A stretch of 64,000 bases of DNA. It comes from Limnothrix sp. BL-A-16 (GTDB lineage: Bacteria > Cyanobacteriota > Cyanobacteriia > CACIAM-69d). Below are positions 58,130 to 64,000 of the stretch, in pieces. How positions within the stretch are numbered: the first letter of the stretch is position 1; the number at the start of each line of letters is the position of its first letter. The notes under the pieces are model-generated. The model saw only the letters and a program-made list of their open reading frames with translations. It had not been told where the DNA came from and searched no databases. The position numbers were made by a program, and so were the translations under genes. The stretch spans positions 3,360,001-3,424,000 of the forward strand of contig CP166615.1 in NCBI GenBank assembly GCA_041937175.2. The letters run 5' to 3'.

Positions 58130-58879
58130 ATGTTGCAAGTTCAATCGCTGTGTGTTCGCTATCGCGGACTCTCGGTTCTGGACGATGTTTCGCTTGACCT
58201 CGCGCCCGGTGAATTGGTGGGGCTGATTGGCCCTAACGGCGCGGGCAAAAGCACCCTGATCAAGGCTCTGCTGGGCCTTGTGCCGATCGAGTCGGGCCTA
58301 ATTACCTTTCGGGGCGTGCCCTTGCGGCGACTGCGCCATTGCGTGGCCTACGTGCCCCAACGGTCACAAATCGACTGGGACTATCCCATTACCGTGCAGC
58401 AGGTGGTGATGATGGCCTTTGCCAAGGCGGCGGGGTGGTGGCGATCGCCGGGCCCAGCAGCCCGGGCCGCAGCTCGATCGGCCATGGAACAGGTGAATAT
58501 TTGGGATTTGCGCGATCGCCCGATCGGCTCCCTTTCCGGTGGGCAACAGCAGCGGGTTTTTTTGGCTCGGGCCCTGGCCCAAAAGGCAGAATTTTTTCTG
58601 TTAGATGAACCTTTTACCGGTGTGGACAAGCAAACGGAACTGGTGTTGTTGAATCTGTTTGCCGAACTCCGCAGCCGGGGCCATTTGGTGTTGGTTTGCT
58701 CCCACGAGTGGGGCAGCTCCCTGGAACGATACGATCGGTTGCTATTGCTGAATCGATCGCTCCTGGCGAACGATCGGCCCCAGGCGGTAATGACCCTTGA
58801 TAATATTCGGCGTGCCTATGGCGAAAATATGCAAACGGTCGATCGCCATGCTCCCTTTGAATCGGTTTTAGCCTGTTAG
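58130..58879 (+). CDS. Zn/Mn ABC transporter ATP-binding protein
   Basis: GPNGAGKST, YVPQRSQIDWDYP, LSGGQQQRVFLARAL, LDEPF. Confidence 0.93.
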   Translation: MLQVQSLCVRYRGLSVLDDVSLDLAPGELVGLIGPNGAGKSTLIKALLGLVPIESGLITFRGVPLRRLRHCVAYVPQRSQIDWDYPITVQQVVMMAFAKAAGWWRSPGPAARAAARSAMEQVNIWDLRDRPIGSLSGGQQQRVFLARALAQKAEFFLLDEPFTGVDKQTELVLLNLFAELRSRGHLVLVCSHEWGSSLERYDRLLLLNRSLLANDRPQAVMTLDNIRRAYGENMQTVDRHAPFESVLAC

Positions 58880-58945
58880 CAAATCCCGTGAGACTATCCT
58901 GATTGGAAATCCGAATCTGATTCACCTGAATGCTGAGGGCTAATT

Positions 58946-59845
58946 TTGGACTGGCTGCTTGATCCTCTGCAATATGAATTCGTGCGTAATGCGATCGCGA
59001 TCGGGGTGATCGTGGGCGTAGTTTGTCCTGTGGTGGGCAGTTATTTAATTGTGCTGCGGATGTCTCTGCTGGGTGATGTGATTGCCCATGCGGTAATGCC
59101 TGGTTTGGTGATCGCCAATGCGCTGCGTATTGATTTATCGATCGGGGCGTTCATGTCTGGCATGTGTAGCACCTTCGTCATTGCCTGGATTCGACAGCAA
59201 TCGCGGGTGCGGGTTGATGCGGCCATGACCCTAACTTTTTCCACCTTTTTTGGCTTAGGAATTGCTCTGATTTCACTGCTAAAAACGCAGCTTGATCTGG
59301 AAGGATTTCTCTTTGGCGATATTTTGAATGTCACCCAAGGAGACTTGCTGCACGGGGTGATTGTGGCAGTGATTTTATTAGCTTTAATTAAACTGCATTA
59401 TAAGGAACTACTGTTTTATACCTTTGACCCCTTGGGGGCCGAGGCGGCCGGATTACCCACCACTTGGATTCACTACGGCTTGATGGCGGGAGTGACCTTG
59501 GCGATCGTGACGAGCTTGAAGGTGGTGGGGGTGATTATGGCGATCGCAATGTTGGTGGGCCCGGCGATCACGGCCTATTTGTTGGTCAAAGAGCTGCACA
59601 TGATGATGTTGGTGGGCGCTGGCTTGGGGGTGTTGGCCGCGATCGGGGGCATGTACAGCAGTTTCTATTGGGATTTGCCCTCGGGCGCGGCGATCGCCCT
59701 GGTGATTTTTGGGTTGTTTTTGATGGCCCTGTTGTTTAGTCCCAGTCAGGGAATCTTGACCCGTCCCCGCGCCAACTCAACCCGTCCGCGATCGGGCAAG
59801 GCTTCGGAGTCGGCAGCTCCCAAACCGACCGCAGACCTGGACTAA
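58946..59845 (+). CDS. Zn/Mn ABC transporter permease (ABC-3)
   Basis: SLLGDVIAHAVMPG, FLFGDIL, TFDP..A; multiple TM segments; TTG start. Confidence 0.93.
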   Translation: MDWLLDPLQYEFVRNAIAIGVIVGVVCPVVGSYLIVLRMSLLGDVIAHAVMPGLVIANALRIDLSIGAFMSGMCSTFVIAWIRQQSRVRVDAAMTLTFSTFFGLGIALISLLKTQLDLEGFLFGDILNVTQGDLLHGVIVAVILLALIKLHYKELLFYTFDPLGAEAAGLPTTWIHYGLMAGVTLAIVTSLKVVGVIMAIAMLVGPAITAYLLVKELHMMMLVGAGLGVLAAIGGMYSSFYWDLPSGAAIALVIFGLFLMALLFSPSQGILTRPRANSTRPRSGKASESAAPKPTADLD

Positions 59846-59892
59846 CAGCCAATCTGAGCTAGCGGATCTCAGTGAATTTCAGTGAACCTCAA

Positions 59893-60438
59893 CTAGCGAA
59901 TGGTCTGTGTGGGTGGCCCTTGGTTGGGAGAGGTGGGGAATTGGGGCGTTGCAGCAGGGCTGGGGGTGTTGCGTCTGGGGGCCCAAGCACCACATTCAGC
60001 CAGCAGGGCGCTGGGTTGGTCGCTGTAGGCGCTCATGCAGTCGATCGTGATTCTCGATCGATTGGCGGAGTTGTAGCGACTGGCCGGAACACCGGTGCTG
60101 GTGGCGGCGGAGCCATTGCCGCGATTGGGGTTGCTGCCGGGGCCGCTGGCGGAATTGGGTTGGCTGGGCGGCGGCCCGCCGGAGTTACCGCTGCCGGGCG
60201 AGGGCGTAATTGGTTCTTCGAGGTTGGGAGCCTGGGCGTTGGGGTTGCGGCAACGGGCCAGAGCATAGGGATCATTCCCCGCGCGGCGCATACAGTCCAA
60301 CAGGCCAGGACTTTGGGCCTGGGCGGTGGGCGTGCCCAAGGTCACGAGGGCCAACAGCCCGATCGCCCCTAAACCCCGGGTGATCACGTTGGTGATCGCG
60401 AGTTGCCACTGAGAAACCATCGGTCGATCGAACGCCAT
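59893..60438 (-). CDS. Hypothetical secreted Pro/Ser/Gly-rich protein
   Basis: Signal-like segment ending AQA; two DCM-x(9-10)-C motifs separated by a low-complexity linker. Confidence 0.55.
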   Translation of the reverse strand: MAFDRPMVSQWQLAITNVITRGLGAIGLLALVTLGTPTAQAQSPGLLDCMRRAGNDPYALARCRNPNAQAPNLEEPITPSPGSGNSGGPPPSQPNSASGPGSNPNRGNGSAATSTGVPASRYNSANRSRITIDCMSAYSDQPSALLAECGAWAPRRNTPSPAATPQFPTSPNQGPPTQTIR

Positions 60439-60442
60439 CGGC

Positions 60443-61954
60443 TCAAACCTCCAGGTAGTCGCACAGCCGATCCAGGGTTAAGGATGTTTCCAAAAGGTCG
60501 GCCATTCGATCGTACAACTGTTGCCGATGTTGTTGCCAGGATTGGGGGTTGGGGCGATGGGTGGTGATGCCGGCCAAGTGGGTCAGGGTTTGGCGCACCG
60601 CCGCCGACTCAAACAGTCCATGGACATAGGTTCCCCAAATGTATCCTTGGGCCGATCGGGCCCCTTCCGGTTCCGGTGGTTGCCCGATCGGCTCCAGGGT
60701 CAGCAATCGATCGCAAGGGGCGATCGGGCGGGTTTGTCCCATGTGAATTTCATAGGCTTGCCAGCGATCAACCTGCGGAATGTCATGCGGTGGGGTTGCA
60801 CCGGCCGGACTGGGCCAATGGGCCGTCACTTGGCGCACGGTTTTTTGTGGAAAATAATCCGTTTCCACCGGCAACAGCCCCAACCCCGCCATCTCGCCCG
60901 CAGCCCCCGCAATGCCCGTGCGATCGACCAGCGATCGACCCAACATTTGATAGCCCCCACAAATGCCCACCACCGGCACACCCTGGGCGGCGGCCCGTTG
61001 AATGGCCGCTGCCAAGCCCGTTTCCTGGAGCCAAGCCAAATCCCGCAGGGTGTTTTTGCTGCCCGGCAACACGATCGCCCGGGCGGTGGCCAACTCGGCC
61101 GGCCGGGTCACCCAGCGCACCGCCACCCCTTGATCGATCGACCAAGGTTGGCTGTCTTGGGAATTGGACAAAAAGGGAAACCGAATCCAGGCAATCACCG
61201 GGTGATCGCATTCCGCTGGGGCCTCTTCCGCCGATCGACAGAGGCTATCTTCGCTTTCCGGTTGCAACTCCGCCGCGTAGGGCAAGGTTCCCAAATAGGG
61301 CAGGTGGGGCAAATGCTGCTGAAAATAGCGATCAGCATCGGCAAATAGCCGCAAATCACCCCGAAACTTATTCACCACCAAGCCCAATCCCAAGGCCTGA
61401 GCCGATCGGGGCATCAGTTGATAAGTCCCCACCGCTTGGGCAAAAATACCGCCTCGTTCAATGTCTCCCACCAACAGCCAGCGGCCTTGGAGATGCTCGA
61501 TCGGGCGCAAATTCACCAAATCCCGGTGCATCAAGTTCAATTCCACCGGGCTGCCTGCCCCCTCCAGCACCAACACATCACAGCGATCGCGCCAGTCCGC
61601 CAGGGTTTGCGCCACCACTTCCCACAGGCGATCGATATGTTGGTAATAGTCTGCCGCCGCAATATGCTCCCCGGCCTGGCCCAACAGCACCAACTGCGAT
61701 CGGCTATTGCCCGAAGGCTTCAGCAAAATGGGATTCATCTCCGCCACGGGCCGCAACCCGCAGGCCTCCGCCTGGGCCGCCTGGGCCCGCCCAATTTCGC
61801 CCCCTTCCAGGGTCACGAAGGAATTATTGGACATGTTTTGGGCCTTGAACGGCGCAACCCGCAGACCCTGCCGCCGCAACCAAGCACAAAGGGCTGTGGT
61901 TACCCAACTTTTGCCCGCGTTGGAGGAGGTTCCTAAAACTGCGATCGACTTCAT
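60443..61954 (-). CDS. cobQ: Cobyric acid synthase
   Basis: GTSSNAGKS, PFKAQNMSNN, MNPILLKP, EGAGSP, GICGGYQMLG, GTYVHGLF. Confidence 0.96.
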   Translation of the reverse strand: MKSIAVLGTSSNAGKSWVTTALCAWLRRQGLRVAPFKAQNMSNNSFVTLEGGEIGRAQAAQAEACGLRPVAEMNPILLKPSGNSRSQLVLLGQAGEHIAAADYYQHIDRLWEVVAQTLADWRDRCDVLVLEGAGSPVELNLMHRDLVNLRPIEHLQGRWLLVGDIERGGIFAQAVGTYQLMPRSAQALGLGLVVNKFRGDLRLFADADRYFQQHLPHLPYLGTLPYAAELQPESEDSLCRSAEEAPAECDHPVIAWIRFPFLSNSQDSQPWSIDQGVAVRWVTRPAELATARAIVLPGSKNTLRDLAWLQETGLAAAIQRAAAQGVPVVGICGGYQMLGRSLVDRTGIAGAAGEMAGLGLLPVETDYFPQKTVRQVTAHWPSPAGATPPHDIPQVDRWQAYEIHMGQTRPIAPCDRLLTLEPIGQPPEPEGARSAQGYIWGTYVHGLFESAAVRQTLTHLAGITTHRPNPQSWQQHRQQLYDRMADLLETSLTLDRLCDYLEV

Positions 61955-61963
61955 GAACTTTGC

Positions 61964-62109
61964 TAGGGCCTGTCGTGATTGCCTGGAATTGAGCGGAAAC
62001 GGTTAATTTGCCATCCTCCAGTCGTCGGCACAAGATGCTCAATCCCCTTGCTTCCCACGATCTCGTTACGGCGGAATCAGAGTTTTGGGCGATTTGACGA
62101 CACCCCCTA
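61964..62109 (-). mobile_element. MITE family A copy (146 bp, inverted), 9 bp upstream of the cobQ start
   Basis: TAGGGCCTGTCG...GGAAACGGTTAATTTGCCAT...CGATTTGACGACACCCCCTA. Confidence 0.82.
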
Positions 62110-62160
62110 AGCCCCTTGTCCCTAGTGAGATTGTCACGGTGGGATCAGGGTTTTGGGCGA

Positions 62161-63393
62161 TTAAACAAAATCCTTCGCTTTGGTGGAAAGGGCCGATCCC
62201 AAATTGCCCGCCAACACCACCTCGTAGTTGTAGCTGCTGTTGGCCGACAATGCGCCACCGCCCACCCGTTGGGTCATGGAGGTTTTGTCGGGCCGGCGCG
62301 GCGCATAGGTGGAGTCGGCCTGAACAGTCACAGTCCCACCCGAAAACCGCAGCCCCTTGACCGTTAGAGAGTTGGTGCGATCGTCCGCAACGCTAACCGT
62401 GCGCCGATCGTTGCGAGCCGTTAGGTAGGTGGCGTTTTGGATGTTGCCCGTGGCCAGGTCAACCTTGGCCAGAATGCTGACTCGGCTGCCACCGCCACCG
62501 CCGGGGCTGCCATCCGTGTAGCCGCGCAGCCAACCACTGCCCGTGAATCGGCTGTAGCCATTGCCCGGTTGCGTGCCGGTGGAGGTAAAGACGGCGTAGA
62601 GATTGGAGCCATCCCAAGCCAAGCCCGTGCCCGTACCGTCATCGTTGGTGGTTTCGTAGTCCGTGCGCACCCAGCGTCTGACCCCGTTGTTAAAGCTCAC
62701 CAGGATCGGATCTTTGTTGGCGGAGGTCACTTGGCGATAACCGATATAAACGGTGGTGGTGCCGATCGTGACTTTGGGCCCATTTTTCGCGGCGATCGCG
62801 GCCTCCGAGTCGTTGATTCCGAAGGTAACGGCGTTTTTCACCGAAGATTGCACACCGTTGCGAGGCACATTGACCGATCGGGGCAGGTCTGGGGCGATCG
62901 CGGCGGTTTCCTCCTGAGGCGCTCCGGTCAGGGGATCCAACGGGCGATCGGGGGCATCAGTTCCCGATCGGCGACCCAGATGATCAAAATCCTGATTGAA
63001 ATTGCCACCCGTTTCACCGCGCCTCAGGTTGCGATTTTGTCCCCAGGAATTCAACAAGAAATCATCACTGATTTGACCCAAATTGATCTGATCATTCACT
63101 CCAGCATTAACCGCAGAATTCCCAGGCAAATCAACCCCAGAAAGAAGCTGCTTTGTGCTGAAAAATTCGGAAATGTGATCAATGCTTTTGATCTCAGAAC
63201 TTTTGATCTCAGAATCTTGGGTTTCGATCGAGTGCTGAGTGCTGAAACCGCCTCCGGAATTGTGAGCATGGATTGGCGAAAAGTAGGATGCAACCCCACT
63301 TGAACCCATCGTCCAACGTGGCTCAATGCCTTGGCCCAGAACAGCCGTTGCCGAATTGGCCAAGCTTCCTCCCCCAAAATCAGTAGATGCCAT
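62161..63393 (-). CDS. Hypothetical protein with a C-terminal Gly/Thr-rich beta-type domain
   Basis: Low-complexity N-terminus; C-terminal ~200 aa highly similar to the upstream ORF (WVRTDYETT.DDGTGTGLAWDG). Confidence 0.75.
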   Translation of the reverse strand: MASTDFGGGSLANSATAVLGQGIEPRWTMGSSGVASYFSPIHAHNSGGGFSTQHSIETQDSEIKSSEIKSIDHISEFFSTKQLLSGVDLPGNSAVNAGVNDQINLGQISDDFLLNSWGQNRNLRRGETGGNFNQDFDHLGRRSGTDAPDRPLDPLTGAPQEETAAIAPDLPRSVNVPRNGVQSSVKNAVTFGINDSEAAIAAKNGPKVTIGTTTVYIGYRQVTSANKDPILVSFNNGVRRWVRTDYETTNDDGTGTGLAWDGSNLYAVFTSTGTQPGNGYSRFTGSGWLRGYTDGSPGGGGGSRVSILAKVDLATGNIQNATYLTARNDRRTVSVADDRTNSLTVKGLRFSGGTVTVQADSTYAPRRPDKTSMTQRVGGGALSANSSYNYEVVLAGNLGSALSTKAKDFV

Positions 63394-63437
63394 CAAGAAC
63401 TCCAGACGATCGTGAGCGGGCCCTGGCATCCTAGGCC

Positions 63438-64000
63438 TCAAATGAAGTCTTTGGCCCTCGTGGACAGGGCAGATCCCAAATTGGCTGAGAGTACCACTTC
63501 GTAGTTGTAGCCCGTGCTGGCGGGCAGTGCACCATTGCCAACATTTTGAGTCATGGCTGTTTTGTCGGGACGGCGCGGCGCGTAGGCCGAATCCGCCTGC
63601 ACCAGCACATTGCCGCCCGTGAAACTGAGACCCCGCACAAACAGGGAGTTGGTGGTGTCGTCACCAAGGGTGACGGTTCCCTTGTCATTACGTGCCGTCA
63701 GGTAAGTGGCGTTTTGGATATTGCCCGTGGTGGGATCAACCTTGGCCAAAATCCCCACTTTGCCGCCGCCGCCCCCGCTGGGGCTGCCGTCTGTGTAGCC
63801 CGTGAGCCAACCGCTGCCCGTGAAGCGACTGAGGTTATTCCCCGGTTGGTTGCCGGTGGAGGTGAAGACAGCATAGAGATTGGAGCCATCCCAAGCCAGG
63901 CCCGTGCCTGTTCCATCATCGGCGGTGGTTTCGTAGTCGGTGCGTACCCAGTTGCGCACGCCGTTGGTGAAACTGACCAGGATCGGATCCTGATTGAGGG
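63438..64000 (-). CDS. Hypothetical protein, paralog of 62161-63393 (5' part outside the window)
   Basis: Frame stays open to the window edge (LNQDPILVSFTNGVRNWVRTDY...). Confidence 0.8.
   Translation of the reverse strand, partial: LNQDPILVSFTNGVRNWVRTDYETTADDGTGTGLAWDGSNLYAVFTSTGNQPGNNLSRFTGSGWLTGYTDGSPSGGGGGKVGILAKVDPTTGNIQNATYLTARNDKGTVTLGDDTTNSLFVRGLSFTGGNVLVQADSAYAPRRPDKTAMTQNVGNGALPASTGYNYEVVLSANLGSALSTRAKDFI

Noticed and set aside
61955..62160. Cobalamin riboswitch upstream of cobQ
   Set aside because: No B12-box motifs seen; the space is occupied by MITE-A

Overview
Cyanobacterial chromosome segment with very dense HIP1 (GCGATCGC/CGATCG) sites; a Limnothrix-like filamentous strain is a guess, not something shown. 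Most of it is core genome: psbA (E130 form), ftsE, cruP, sqdB, chlB, rpaA, ndhS, proB, mltG, iscA, zds, trpB, malQ, typA, ispG, tatA, por, pdhC, ilvN, a Zn/Mn ABC transporter, cobQ and tRNA-Met. The standout is a complete 1324-bp IS110-family element (34392-35715). Its left non-coding end folds into a readable bridge RNA: the target-binding loop (ACAGGCCCT / AGGCTTAG) matches the actual insertion site and the donor-binding loop (ACAGTAT / CAAG) matches the circle junction. Circularisation completes a sigma70 promoter. The programmed target is the terminus of an abundant ~146-bp host MITE, and an empty perfect site remains at 61963-61973. Other notable items: four helically phased cyanobacterial DnaA boxes away from dnaA/dnaN; two MITE families sharing one central palindrome, one of which often sits on stop codons; tandem Uma2 genes with near-identical flanks and a swapped middle; a low-GC, HIP1-free two-gene islet (XRE-IrrE fusion plus unknown protein); and tandem Cache histidine kinases with split HAMP domains.
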